Positions 37,707 to 48,183 are shown, counted from the first letter of the stretch. The stretch is DNA of 64,000 nucleotides from Candidatus Bathyarchaeota archaeon B24 (GCA_001593865.1 LUCB01000010.1:4441-68440); one strand, 5' to 3'. Made by a program: numbers and translations. Notes: generated by a model from the sequence alone, not told the origin.

Positions 37707-38757
37707 GGAAAGGCTTCTACCGGTAGCCGTCAAGCTGTTTACTAAGCTTTTAGCGATACTGCTGGGCTTAGGTATATCTGCGGTCGTATTCGCCGCATAC
37801 GGAGTCGACCCCCTTTATGCATACTCGCTCATGGTGACGAAGTCTCTGAGCTTCCGCGGCGCAAGCGAGGTTTTAACCAAGCTTATACCGCTTCAGCTGT
37901 GCGGGATAGGGCTTATAGTGGCGTTCAAATCCGGTATGTGGAATATAGGTGCTGAGGGACAGATGCTCCTAGGTGCCACGTTCGCCACTTGGATCGCCCT
38001 TTTCCTCGACGTTCCCGAGTTTTCCAGGTTACCCTTGATATTTCTATTCGGTTTAGCGGCTGGAGCAGGGTGGGCACTTATCCCAGCTCTTCTCAAAGTG
38101 AAGTTCGAGGTAAACGAGGTCATAACGACCTTGATGATGAACTATATCGCAAGCTCTCTGGTCAACTACCTCGTCTATGGGCCTTGGAAGGGAGCTAAGG
38201 AGTGGGGTTTCCCCTACACGGATAAGTTCCCCAAGTCGGTGTGGCTACCCACCATAGCGGGCACTAGGATCCACTGGCCAACCCTGTTGATAGCGATCTT
38301 GACGGCTTTTCTAGTATACTTTCTACTCGTTAAAACCACGGTCGGTTTCGAGATAAGGGTTAGCGGGCAGAGCAAAAGGGCTGCTGAGTACGCGGGGATA
38401 AACTATGGCAGGGCGTTGTTGATAAGTATGGCTATAAGCGGTGCTTTAGCTGGGTTGGCCGGCGTAGGAGAGGTCTGCGGGATCCACCACCGCCTTAGAT
38501 ACGCCTCATCCATATCGTCGGGTTATGGATACGCGGGCATAATAGTGGCTTGGCTCAGCGAGCTAAACGCGGTAGCCTCGGTCTTGTCGGCTCTTTTCAT
38601 GGCGTTCCTATTCGCGGGTGGGGACCTGATGCAGGTGTCTCTGGGGCTTCCGATAGGGGTCGTCGACGTGTTCAACGGCAGCATCCTGATATCCCTCCTG
38701 GTGTCCGAGGCCTTCGGAAGATACAACAGGCCTAAGTGGAGGCTTAGGTTGAAATGA
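37693..38757 (+). CDS. Nucleoside ABC transporter permease 1
   Basis: WNIGAEGQ, NEVITTLMMNY, AAEYAGI, GYGYAGIIVAWL. Confidence 0.9.
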   Translation: MKAVKERLLPVAVKLFTKLLAILLGLGISAVVFAAYGVDPLYAYSLMVTKSLSFRGASEVLTKLIPLQLCGIGLIVAFKSGMWNIGAEGQMLLGATFATWIALFLDVPEFSRLPLIFLFGLAAGAGWALIPALLKVKFEVNEVITTLMMNYIASSLVNYLVYGPWKGAKEWGFPYTDKFPKSVWLPTIAGTRIHWPTLLIAILTAFLVYFLLVKTTVGFEIRVSGQSKRAAEYAGINYGRALLISMAISGALAGLAGVGEVCGIHHRLRYASSISSGYGYAGIIVAWLSELNAVASVLSALFMAFLFAGGDLMQVSLGLPIGVVDVFNGSILISLLVSEAFGRYNRPKWRLRLK

Positions 38758-39663
38758 TCGAGTCTGCTACAGAACTACTTGCCATGATGATAAGCGCAGG
38801 TACACCGCTTCTCCTATCGACTCTAGGCGAGATCTACGCCGAACGCTCAGGCATACTCAACCTCGGCGTAGAGGGTATGATGGCGTTAGGGGCGGTCGTG
38901 GCGTTTTACATTACCCTCACGACGGGGAATCCTGCTCTCGGCCGCTGTAGCCGGGCTAGCTCTCTCGTCTCTTCACGCCTTCGTCTCGATAACCATACGT
39001 TCGAACCAGGTGGTCTCCGGTCTCGCTCTATCGATGCTCGGTATAGGGCTGAGCTCCCTCATAGGTAAGGGCCTTATCGGTATGCCCCTCCGCCATGCGT
39101 TGGAGAAGCTTGAGGTCCCCCTTCTAAGGGATATTCCGCTACTCGGGGCCTTCTTCAGGCAGAACGCTTTGACATACCTCTCCTACCTCCTAGCCGCGTC
39201 GCTGTGGTTCATCATGTTCAAGACCAAGATAGGTATATGCATAAGGATGTCTGGGGAAAACCCGCGGGCAGCCGATACGATGGGGATAAACGTCTTCAGG
39301 CTTAGGTACCTCTGCACTCTGCTCGGAGGAGCGTTAGCCGGCTTAGGAGGCGCATACCTAAGCATAGCCTACACCCCTGCATGGATAGAGGGTATGACGG
39401 CTGGGCAGGGTTGGATAGCCCTGGCCCTCGTGATATTCGCCGCGTGGAACCCGCTTTACGCGTTAGCAGGGGCCTACCTCTTCGGCGGGATAAGGGTCTT
39501 ACAGTATCGGCTTCAGCCCCTAGGCATATCCCCTCCGCTTCTACAGACGCTTCCGTACGTATGCACGATAGTCGTGCTGGTAGCGTTCAGCACCGAGAAG
39601 CTTAGGAGAAAGCTTGGAGCCCCATCGGCCCTAGGGAAGCCTTACTCCAGAGAAGAGAGGTAG
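38754..39663 (+). pseudogene. Nucleoside ABC transporter permease 2, frameshifted at about 38926-38940 (or assembly error)
   Basis: 5' frame has ERSGILNLGVEGMM; the +1 frame continues GILLSAAVAG...NQVVSGLAL...GENPRAADTMGI...GQGWIALA. Confidence 0.8.
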
Positions 39664-39670
39664 ACTACGT

Positions 39671-40783
39671 CTACAGGCTTTTTCTAACAAGCTTCTCCCA
39701 CTGTTCTAGGCTTATCCTCCTAAGCCCTCTCCTCCTCTTTCGACCAGGTGTAACGGTTATGAACCTAGCCCTTCTCCGCAGCTCCTCTATATCAGCGGCT
39801 CCCACATATCCGAAACCCTGTTTAACCCCTTCGACCAGGTCTTTAAGTATCTCTCTGACGCTACCTCTATACTCGACTATGGCTTCCACTCCCTCGGGTG
39901 CGTACTTCGTCCTCCTCAGATACCTATCGGTCTTATCTATGACGCTTCTAGCCCCCATACCCCTATAGGGCTTAAACAACCCCTTCAACCCGATCAGCTC
40001 TCCGTCTAGGACTCTCCCAGGGGTCTCATCTGTACCTGCGAGAAGATATCCTAGCATCACAGAGTCTGCACCAAGCGCTAAAGCCTTCACTATGTCCCCG
40101 CTGCTGCTTATACCTCCGTCGGCTATTACGGGGATCCCGTAGTTCCTAGCCTCGAGGTATACGTTGTGAACAGCCGAAGCCTGGGGCGCCCCTACACCCG
40201 TGACCTCGTTGGTTATACATATAGAGCCGCTTCCTAAGCCGACCCTGAACGCGTCCGCTATATCCACGTAATCCCTAACGGCTTCAGGGGTCACTATGTT
40301 TCCGACTATGAGCTCGCAGGAGAGTTTCTTCCGGATCTTTCTCGCAAACTTCACGACCCTGAGATTATGCCCATGGGCACAGTCTATCAGCACGGCGTCT
40401 GCACCTGCCTTATCGAGCGCTATAGCCCTCTCCTCGTCGAAGGGGCCTGATGCAGCTATGACCCTGAGTCTCCCATCCTCGTCGACGGTAGCTCCCTCGC
40501 CTCCATAGACGCTTTTGACGTTTTTGACCTCCTTCACCTCCTTCTCTACGCTCATATTCCTATGGATCGCCCCTATAGCCCCCACCATAGCCATAGCTAT
40601 GGCCATCCTGCTTTCGGTTACATAATCCATCGGCGAGCTAACTATCGGAACCTTAACCCTGATACCTCTAGTCACCCTAGACTCTAGCGAAACCTGGTAA
40701 GGCTCGACCGACGAGGAGGAAGGTAGAATCAGCAACTCGTCATAGCTAAACCAGTGCTCCAGTTCTCTAAGCTTAGGCCCCAT
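39671..40783 (-). CDS. guaB: IMP dehydrogenase lacking the CBS subdomain
   Basis: [24 protein letters not shown] catalytic Cys, IADGGI, YRGMG, flap RY, PEGVE. Confidence 0.85.
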   Translation of the reverse strand: MGPKLRELEHWFSYDELLILPSSSSVEPYQVSLESRVTRGIRVKVPIVSSPMDYVTESRMAIAMAMVGAIGAIHRNMSVEKEVKEVKNVKSVYGGEGATVDEDGRLRVIAASGPFDEERAIALDKAGADAVLIDCAHGHNLRVVKFARKIRKKLSCELIVGNIVTPEAVRDYVDIADAFRVGLGSGSICITNEVTGVGAPQASAVHNVYLEARNYGIPVIADGGISSSGDIVKALALGADSVMLGYLLAGTDETPGRVLDGELIGLKGLFKPYRGMGARSVIDKTDRYLRRTKYAPEGVEAIVEYRGSVREILKDLVEGVKQGFGYVGAADIEELRRRARFITVTPGRKRRRGLRRISLEQWEKLVRKSL

Positions 40784-40881
40784 TAGAAAATTCTAGCATA
40801 GAATCCAGATAAAAACCTTTCCAAATCCGTGGGTCGCACTTTGCATGAACCGTCGCTAAGGGGATAATCCTTATATCTGGT

Positions 40882-42234
40882 TTGCCTGCTTCGGTTTATG
40901 GGATGCTTCCTAAGCATGTCTTTCAGCCGCCGAGGGGTATGAGAGACTATCTGCCTAGAGACCTATACGAGAGACGGGTAGTGGAGAACACTATACGAGA
41001 GCTATTCAGGCTTTATGGTTATGAGGAGGTTGAAACCCCTACGGTCGAACACTACGAGCTTCTAGCCGCTAAGGTCGGGGAGGAGACCAGGAGAACCATG
41101 TACGTCTTTAAAGACCTCGCGGGTAGGACTTTGGCTTTAAGACCCGAGGGCACGGCCCCGATAGCTAGGCTTGTCGCATCTAAGCTTAAAACCGCGCCTA
41201 AGCCTCTTAGACTAGGGTATGTATGGGACTTCTACCGGTATGACGAGCCTCAGAGGGGGCGTTATCGACGGTTCTACCAGGGTGGGTTCGAGCTTCTAGG
41301 CTCCTCTAGGCCTGAGGCAGATATAGAGATACTATCAATCTCGATAGAGCTTATGAGGAGACTAGGCTTCGAAAGCTTCCAGGTTAAGCTGAACAACGTA
41401 AATATCCTACGTAGCCTGATGGCCGAGAAAGGGTTGGACGAAGCCACGCAAAACAGGATACTAGGCTTAGCCGATAAGAAGAGGTACGCCGAGGCCATCG
41501 AGGAGCTTAAGAAACATGGAGTAGGCGAAGACCTGATCTCGAAGCTTAGCCGCCTGTTCCAGCTCAGAGGCGTCGACCACAGGGAGTTGATGAGCGAAGC
41601 GGAGCGGGTGTTGAAGGGGTGCGAGAACGCTTTAGAGGCCTTGAAAAACCTCAGGTTCATACTCGAAACGGTTAAGGAGGTTTATCCCGAGCCTCAGTAC
41701 CTGCTAGACTTCGGGTTCGCTAGGGGTTTAGAATATTACACCGGTCTCATATTCGAGGTCTTCGTAGACGGTCTAGACATCGCGTTGATAGGCGGAGGCA
41801 GATACGATAAGCTGGTCGAGCTTTACGGCGGGGAACCGACACCGGCGGTGGGATGCGCGCCGGGTATAGACAGATTGGTCTTGGCTATGAAGCTTAAAAA
41901 CATCATGCCTGACCCCCCTTCAAACTACCGGGTTTACCTGTGTATCCTGAACGAGAAGGTGTTGGCCTATGGGTTCAAGGTCTCCGCTAGGCTGAGGGCT
42001 GAGGGGATACCTGTCGAGATGGAGGTTATGGGTAGGAAGCTTTCGAAGACCTTGTCGATAGCAAGTTCGAGAGGCTTCCTCTACACGGTGATAATAGGCC
42101 CTAAAGAGGCCGAGTCGGGTCTAGTCTCTCTGAAAGACATGGCTAAGGGAGTTCAAGAGACTTTGACGGTCGAGGAGATGCTGAAGAGGATTAAGATCAG
42201 GTTACAGACCCTACATGTCTCAAAACGTCTTTAG
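40882..42234 (+). CDS. hisS: Histidyl-tRNA synthetase
   Basis: PRGMRD, LRPEGTAP, RYDEPQRGRYRRFYQ, RGLEYYTG, GGGRYD, anticodon domain. Confidence 0.95.
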   Translation: MPASVYGMLPKHVFQPPRGMRDYLPRDLYERRVVENTIRELFRLYGYEEVETPTVEHYELLAAKVGEETRRTMYVFKDLAGRTLALRPEGTAPIARLVASKLKTAPKPLRLGYVWDFYRYDEPQRGRYRRFYQGGFELLGSSRPEADIEILSISIELMRRLGFESFQVKLNNVNILRSLMAEKGLDEATQNRILGLADKKRYAEAIEELKKHGVGEDLISKLSRLFQLRGVDHRELMSEAERVLKGCENALEALKNLRFILETVKEVYPEPQYLLDFGFARGLEYYTGLIFEVFVDGLDIALIGGGRYDKLVELYGGEPTPAVGCAPGIDRLVLAMKLKNIMPDPPSNYRVYLCILNEKVLAYGFKVSARLRAEGIPVEMEVMGRKLSKTLSIASSRGFLYTVIIGPKEAESGLVSLKDMAKGVQETLTVEEMLKRIKIRLQTLHVSKRL

Positions 42235-43168
42235 ATAAGAGCTCCCTTATCTTGTTTTTAAGTTCCTCAGGGTCGCTGGAGGATACGATTTTAACGTTAT
42301 AGTAGTTTGCTAGCTTCTTCACGTTGTCGTCGAGCTCCCTAGGCGTCACGAATATCAACGGGATCTCTAGGTCGGTGATCTCGCTTACAAACTTCACGAC
42401 GTTCTCCACCCCTATCTTCTTATCGGCAGGTATGAACACGATGCCGACCTTAGAACCGGAACTATCCCTAAACAACATGGACAGGGTATGTGCTACCCCC
42501 GAAACCCCTCTGATCCTCGACCTAGCCTCTGGTACGTATCCATGCTCCTTGAAGACGTCTGCTAAAGGCCTGTGGATAGCCCTCTCGTCGATAAGCCTCC
42601 TCTCGCCGAGCCTAGTTATCCTGTACGTATAGATCACGTCAAAATCCGCATCGTTTAACGTGAACTCTAATCCGCACCTCTTGCACAGGTGCATGGGGGT
42701 TAGGTTCGGAGACGCTCGATCGCAGTTCATGCATCTGAACCATACACCCACCTTTCTAAGGGTCTCCGGCTTAACCTCGACCCTACACCTGGGGCATCTA
42801 GTACCTCCGTTTCTCTGGAAACTCTCTATAGTACCTATATACCCGCATGGTATGTGCTCGACCAAAACCTGTTTCTCAAAATCCCGAGAGCCACAATATG
42901 GACACACGTAGAAAACCGATACATCATAACTCCTACAAGATGGGCATCTAACAGGCTTAAAATAGAGTCTCCTATCCAGATAGCCCTCAGACGCGAGCTC
43001 GTCCAAAAGCTCCATCAAGGTCTCCCTATCAAGACTTGAGCCTGGAATCTCATAGTAGTAGCCATACTCTGGGTTAAACTTGGGTTTAAGAATACCCCTA
43101 TCGGCGATGTAGCTAAGCACATCGACTACCGATGATTTGAGAGCAACGCCCTCGGTGGTTTTCTCCAT
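42197..43168 (-). CDS. Multi-zinc-ribbon (TackOD1-like) protein with C-terminal degenerate restriction-endonuclease-fold domain
   Basis: CPSC, CPYC, HIPC, CPRC, CMNC, CKRC; then IRGVSGVAHTLSML...GIVF (Mrr-like pattern without the catalytic acids). Confidence 0.65.
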   Translation of the reverse strand: MEKTTEGVALKSSVVDVLSYIADRGILKPKFNPEYGYYYEIPGSSLDRETLMELLDELASEGYLDRRLYFKPVRCPSCRSYDVSVFYVCPYCGSRDFEKQVLVEHIPCGYIGTIESFQRNGGTRCPRCRVEVKPETLRKVGVWFRCMNCDRASPNLTPMHLCKRCGLEFTLNDADFDVIYTYRITRLGERRLIDERAIHRPLADVFKEHGYVPEARSRIRGVSGVAHTLSMLFRDSSGSKVGIVFIPADKKIGVENVVKFVSEITDLEIPLIFVTPRELDDNVKKLANYYNVKIVSSSDPEELKNKIRELLSKDVLRHVGSVT

Positions 43169-43297
43169 GATAGAACCCGCCTCCTCTAAAGGAGCAATTT
43201 ACTAAATCTTACCTTGGGTCATTATTTAAGGATTTTACAGATATTTTGCAAATATTCTTTGGATTAGCCTTGCATTTAATCCAACAACTTGAGAAAG

Positions 43298-44020
43298 CTA
43301 GGCTACTCTCTGTAAAGTGTGAACCACCACACCCGTATCCCTGATCGTGAAAGGTATAACTTTAATACTCTCAGGCTTTTCACCGAACTTCCTGACTAGG
43401 AGAACTCCTCTAGGCTCAAGCTCCGTCTCCTCTCCTCGGATCTCGAACACGCAATCTGCAAGATGGCTCGCCAAGTCTATTCTTCTAGAGTCCACGAGCT
43501 TACCTGCTAGCTCTATGAAGCATACACCTCCATAGGCTCTAACCCCCCTCTTAACGTATAGGAGGAATTTCACAAGCTCGTCAAGCTCATACCGGTTTGC
43601 TAGAAAAGAGAACTCTAAGAAGCACCATCCCCCATCCCTGACGTTCGATACGATGTCCTTGGCTAGGATGTCCAAGCCGTCGACCACTAGGCTTCTACAA
43701 CGCGGCTGTGGAAAATCTATGTATACGTCTCTAAGGGCCGGGTACTCGATGCTTATAAACTTCCATAAGCCCTTCTCGATGCGGTCCTCTATCCTCCGTC
43801 CGTAGAAACTCAGGCTTTCGACGACGTCTTCCGGGGAGGATTCGAGAACATAGTATGCGACCTTACCTCCCCTCAGCGTGTGGTTGTACAGGATCTCCCT
43901 GCATAGCACCCTCCCCCCTACCATGTTATCTAACACCAATGCGTATAGGCTTCTGTCGATCAACCCTCCACCCAGCATACTATCTAGCTCGGCTATACCG
44001 GACTCTAACCGCCCCCTCAT
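43298..44020 (-). CDS. KaiC/RAD55-like RecA-fold protein with degenerate Walker A/B
   Basis: SGIAELDSMLGGGL start, ESSPEDV, HLADCVFEI, VRKF, PFTIRDTGV; P-loop reads LDNMVGGR. Confidence 0.8.
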   Translation of the reverse strand: MRGRLESGIAELDSMLGGGLIDRSLYALVLDNMVGGRVLCREILYNHTLRGGKVAYYVLESSPEDVVESLSFYGRRIEDRIEKGLWKFISIEYPALRDVYIDFPQPRCRSLVVDGLDILAKDIVSNVRDGGWCFLEFSFLANRYELDELVKFLLYVKRGVRAYGGVCFIELAGKLVDSRRIDLASHLADCVFEIRGEETELEPRGVLLVRKFGEKPESIKVIPFTIRDTGVVVHTLQRVA

Positions 44021-44151
44021 AACTCTCGTTTCCTAACTTAAACTCTGGGCTTTAAATGCTCTTTCGTATAAGGTTTAACCTAGATGCTTTCGATGAAATA
44101 TTTGCCAAGTTCGAAAAACTTTATAAATTGTAAAACGTTTTTAACGTTGAA

Positions 44152-44499
44152 TTGGCCCAAAGGTTAACAGATGAGCTTATCGAACAGATAGTCGAAGAGT
44201 ATAAACGAGGTGTAAGTATAAGAACCTTGTATAAGAAAACGGGTCTTCCCATATATCTCATATACTATGCACTGGGTAGGGCGGGGATCAAACCCAGGTC
44301 TATAAGGAGGATGTCGACCAGAAACGTCACAAGGGTTAGGCCGCTAGGCGGAGGGATGAGCTGTAGAACCGTTATACCAAGCTCTATTATAAAGCAGCTT
44401 GACCTAGACCTATCCGGTGAATTGATGGCCGAGTGGGAGATACTGGATAAAGAGAAAAAGCTGTTAAAGGTTAGGCTGTTTAAGCCCGGTCAGAGGTAG
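44152..44499 (+). CDS. Putative transcriptional regulator (HTH plus AbrB-like domain)
   Basis: EEYKRGVSIRTLYKKTGLPIYLIYYAL HTH-like; RTVIPSSIIKQLDL AbrB-like; TATA TTTATAAA upstream. Confidence 0.65.
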   Translation: MAQRLTDELIEQIVEEYKRGVSIRTLYKKTGLPIYLIYYALGRAGIKPRSIRRMSTRNVTRVRPLGGGMSCRTVIPSSIIKQLDLDLSGELMAEWEILDKEKKLLKVRLFKPGQR

Positions 44500-44505
44500 A
44501 TGTCT

Positions 44506-46005
44506 CTAGTCAGCCGTCTCTAGAACCGTGAGTTCGGAAAACCTCGTCGTCGACGCCTCTAGGCTTCCTGTTAAACCCTGCTTAACGTACAGGTGGGTTA
44601 TCCTCACGACCGTTCCAGCCTCTATTTTCTCAGCCTCGTCGGCTAGGTTTCTCCAGGCCGAGACTCTCATCGACCCCGTCTCGTCACCCAACATGAACGA
44701 TGAAACCTTAACCTCCCCTGAGGGCATGTTCACGACCCGGGTCTCGGGATTTGTCAAGACGATCCCCTCGACCGTTACGTAGGTGTCCCCTTCCCTCAGC
44801 TCGTCGATGTTACGTTTAAGGTTCAACGGCTCAGGAGGCGGGATGTCGGGGTTCACCTCTACAGACCCCTCGGAACCTATGTGAAGCTCTAGCCCCCTCA
44901 AACCCAGGCGTGTATAGGCGTTCTTGACCAAGATGACGTCGCCGTCTTTAAGCCCCTCACCCCGCGAAGACATCTCACCCCACATGTTTAACACTATTAA
45001 ACCCGTCTCGTCGCCGACGAGGACGGACGATACCCTTCCCTCCCTTCCATGAGGCGTCCTAAAACTCCTCGTAAACGGGTTAGAATATACCCTTAGGAGT
45101 AGGATTAAACCCTTCATATTAGGCTTAAGCTCCTCGACTTTGAACACCATACTCCTCAAACCCACTTTAGAAGGCAGAGGCTCGACCATATCAGGCTCGT
45201 TTATGTGAACCTCCAAATCTCCTAAAGGCCTGACCCTAACCTTACCGCCGAGTATCTTCACCATAGAACCCTCCTCAACCCCAGCCATCTTCTCAGCCGC
45301 CTCGTTCCAGAGGACAAGGGTCAATATACCTGTGTCGTCTCGAACCCTGATCCTCAAAACCTTCCCTTCACCGGCGCGGGTGCTGAAACTCTTCAAAGCC
45401 CCCCTAGACAACACGGCGGCTTCAACTACGAAAAACCTGTCATTAACCGTCAGCTCAGAGATCTTCCTAGTAGGCGCAACCCTCCCGCCCCCGGCCTCTA
45501 CAACCCTCACGGCACCCCTAGCCCCCACATGAAGCTCAACCCCCCCGGCTCCCGCCCTGGTGTAGCCGTGGAGAACCCTCACCCTCCAGCCTACCTGAGG
45601 GTTTAAAGCCAGAAACTCGTCGACCCTATCGTCCCATAGCACACAGGACATCTGCCCACTACCGTCGTCGAGTATAAGCCTCAGAACCTTACCGGTGCCA
45701 CCTCTCCGCTCAAACTCCCTAGGCCTACCGATATACACTACGGAGGCCTCCACAGATACGTCCCTCAAACCCGGTACCAGGGATGAGAGTTTAACGGCTC
45801 CACCGCCGCCGTCATAGCCTAGGTCGACTCCAAGGTCCTGAGCAACCAGATGAGCAGCCCCCTCATCCGTCAGTAAACCGTGATACTGCCTCTTCTTCTC
45901 CTCCACCATCTCCCTAACCTTCTCTAAACTCAGACCAGACCTATGTTCCACTATCCGTCTTATGATCTCATCAACCCTACCCAAGAGCCGTAAAAACCTA
46001 ACCAC
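44506..46005 (-). CDS. rpa: Replication protein A-like ssDNA-binding protein with four OB folds
   Basis: Four D(D/E)(T/S)G...W repeats (LDDGSG..LWD, RDDTG..LWN, GDETG..MWG, GDETG..AWR); N-terminal GLLTDEGAAHLVA. Confidence 0.88.
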   Translation of the reverse strand: MVRFLRLLGRVDEIIRRIVEHRSGLSLEKVREMVEEKKRQYHGLLTDEGAAHLVAQDLGVDLGYDGGGGAVKLSSLVPGLRDVSVEASVVYIGRPREFERRGGTGKVLRLILDDGSGQMSCVLWDDRVDEFLALNPQVGWRVRVLHGYTRAGAGGVELHVGARGAVRVVEAGGGRVAPTRKISELTVNDRFFVVEAAVLSRGALKSFSTRAGEGKVLRIRVRDDTGILTLVLWNEAAEKMAGVEEGSMVKILGGKVRVRPLGDLEVHINEPDMVEPLPSKVGLRSMVFKVEELKPNMKGLILLLRVYSNPFTRSFRTPHGREGRVSSVLVGDETGLIVLNMWGEMSSRGEGLKDGDVILVKNAYTRLGLRGLELHIGSEGSVEVNPDIPPPEPLNLKRNIDELREGDTYVTVEGIVLTNPETRVVNMPSGEVKVSSFMLGDETGSMRVSAWRNLADEAEKIEAGTVVRITHLYVKQGLTGSLEASTTRFSELTVLETAD

Positions 46006-46156
46006 CCTCGGCCTATTAGGTTTTTAGACTGAAACATGGTCTCTATCGACTCTCGGACAGGACGATTTTTGAAGATCCCGGCCAGCCTAAGGGTTAAGCC
46101 CATGTTATCGAGTGCAGGTTTTTATACCTAGACGTATCTGATTCTAGTGTCCTGAT

Positions 46157-47887
46157 ATGGAGATAGACGTAATACGCTACTACCGGAGGCTTTTCAAACT
46201 TCCAGGTCTTCAGACGATCTTACTCGGGCATCTATCCCTCGGAGTTCTATGGGGGCTATACCTGGGCTTCAGCTTGGACTCGGTTTTAAAGGGGCTTATA
46301 GCGTTTACCGCCGTATCCCTGGCGTCCGATGCCATAGTCTACCTCCTATGCAAAAGAGAGCCCCTGCTGAGGTTTAGGAGGCTCTTAGGCTTAAGCCTAG
46401 TCTCAAACTCCATAGTCCTACTAGCCGGTTTAACCCTCAGCCCCCTAGCGCTACTTGACATATCCCCTGAGAGGGTCTGGATGGCGGGATTTCCCCTATC
46501 CACGGGTCTGAGGGTTCTCGTTTTCAGAAGTCTACTCTTCGAGGGGGTTTTTCAAATCCTCTCTGTGGTCCAGCCGCTTCTCTGCCTATTAGTCATCGTT
46601 TATGTCTATGGTGTACGGTTACACCCGATGGTCTTCTTGTCCATGGGCTCCGCGGCGCTCACCTCCTTCATATACCTCCAACTAGTCAGTAGAGAGGCTA
46701 AGCATATCCTAGGTCTAGACGGTTTAAGCCTGTTCAGGGCGTTTCTGTCAAGCTGGATGGAGAACCTAAGCGACCCCATGGAGCAGGTTATGGAGGCCGT
46801 GGGTGTTGAAGGCAGCGGTCGCCTAGACGTCTTAGCGTTTAAAACAGGTGACCGTGAAACCGCTATAGTGGTCCCGAGGATACATCCGGGTCCCTTCAGA
46901 GACGTAGGAGGCAGCTCACTTCCCTGGAGAATCCAGGCTCTACTAGAGCGTAGGGGGTTTGACGCCGTAGCGGTTCCCCACGGTCCCTCGACCCATAAGG
47001 AGAACCTCGTCTCTAAGAAGGAGCTCTCGAAGGTTCTAAACGCCTTAAACTCCCTAAACCTAGAGTTTCACATTCAAAAAGCCTCTAGACCCGTCAGGTG
47101 CTCCTCAGGCTACGCCACAGCCCTATCCCAGGTTTTCGGCGATACGGCTTTGGTCGCCCTGACGCTTTCCCCCAAGTCTATGGAGGATATCCCGGTCGAA
47201 GTCGGGAGTTTGCTCGAGGCATACGGTGGGAAGCTAGGCTTCAACTCGGTCATCGTGGTGGACGCTCACAACAGCATACTATGGGAGAAAACGTCTATAG
47301 ACGACAAGGATATATCGCTACTGATAGAGGCCGGGAAAAGGGCCTTGAAGGAGGCGGCTGAAGCCCCACTTCAGCGTTTCAAACTAGGTTTCTCTAAGAA
47401 GAACGTCGAGGGGTACGGCGTTAGAGAGGGTTTAGGCCCCGGGGGGATAGTGGTTCACCTGTTTATGTTCGGAGACGACTTGTATGCATATGTGACCATA
47501 GATGGGAACAACATGGTTTCAGGGCTCAGGGAGAAGATCGTTCAGCACCTGAAGACCCTAGGCGTCAGAGACTGTGAGGTCTTGACGACCGATACGCATG
47601 TCGTAAACGCTACGGCTACCGGTAGGGGCTACCATCCCGTAGGTGAAGCCATAGACCAGGAAGTGCTCCTTAAGACTATCTCTGAAGCTCTAAAGGAAGC
47701 GTATGCTGGCTTGAAGCCTGCGTCTGCATACCATGTGAAGGTCGAGTTGAACGGTTTAAAGCTGTTAGGCGACGGGTTGAACAAGCTCTTGAAGGTCTTA
47801 GACATGTCGGCTAAGAGGGCTAAAAGGCTTGCCTTAAGGTTTTTAACGCCAGCCCTTGCAGCTTGTCTCCTACTCCTCTTCCTCTAG
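46157..47887 (+). CDS. DUF2070-family membrane protein
   Basis: N-terminal TMs; HPGPF, HGPSTH, VDAHNS, DGNN, TTDTH motifs; adjacent to Sec61beta. Confidence 0.8.
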   Translation: MEIDVIRYYRRLFKLPGLQTILLGHLSLGVLWGLYLGFSLDSVLKGLIAFTAVSLASDAIVYLLCKREPLLRFRRLLGLSLVSNSIVLLAGLTLSPLALLDISPERVWMAGFPLSTGLRVLVFRSLLFEGVFQILSVVQPLLCLLVIVYVYGVRLHPMVFLSMGSAALTSFIYLQLVSREAKHILGLDGLSLFRAFLSSWMENLSDPMEQVMEAVGVEGSGRLDVLAFKTGDRETAIVVPRIHPGPFRDVGGSSLPWRIQALLERRGFDAVAVPHGPSTHKENLVSKKELSKVLNALNSLNLEFHIQKASRPVRCSSGYATALSQVFGDTALVALTLSPKSMEDIPVEVGSLLEAYGGKLGFNSVIVVDAHNSILWEKTSIDDKDISLLIEAGKRALKEAAEAPLQRFKLGFSKKNVEGYGVREGLGPGGIVVHLFMFGDDLYAYVTIDGNNMVSGLREKIVQHLKTLGVRDCEVLTTDTHVVNATATGRGYHPVGEAIDQEVLLKTISEALKEAYAGLKPASAYHVKVELNGLKLLGDGLNKLLKVLDMSAKRAKRLALRFLTPALAACLLLLFL

Positions 47888-48060
47888 ATTATCCTGAAGC
47901 CCATGTGCGCTATTATCACGGATAACATCAGAGCCACGGCGAGTATGACGACTATCTCCGGTCTAAGTTTTAATCCATAGCCCTCTTCCTCGAAGAACCT
48001 CAACAGACCCGCGGTCGTAGCGGGCATGGGGGCTTCTCTCCTACGTCTCTTCCTGGCCAA
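47884..48060 (-). CDS. secG: Preprotein translocase subunit Sec61beta (58 aa; absent from ORF track)
   Basis: TTG start; MARKRRRREAPMPATTAGLLRFFEEEGYGLKLRPEIVVILAVALMLSVIIAHMGFRII has the AGLLRFF motif and a C-terminal TM. Confidence 0.9.
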   Translation of the reverse strand: MARKRRRREAPMPATTAGLLRFFEEEGYGLKLRPEIVVILAVALMLSVIIAHMGFRII

Positions 48061-48183
48061 CGTCCGACACCTACTGATCCCTTTCTTACTAGGTAGGTAC
48101 GGATAAACTTTACCTTTCCCTTAAGGGTAAGAAAAGTATATAAGCAATTATTTCAGAGTCTGAAATTCTGTTAGGGGTAATCC

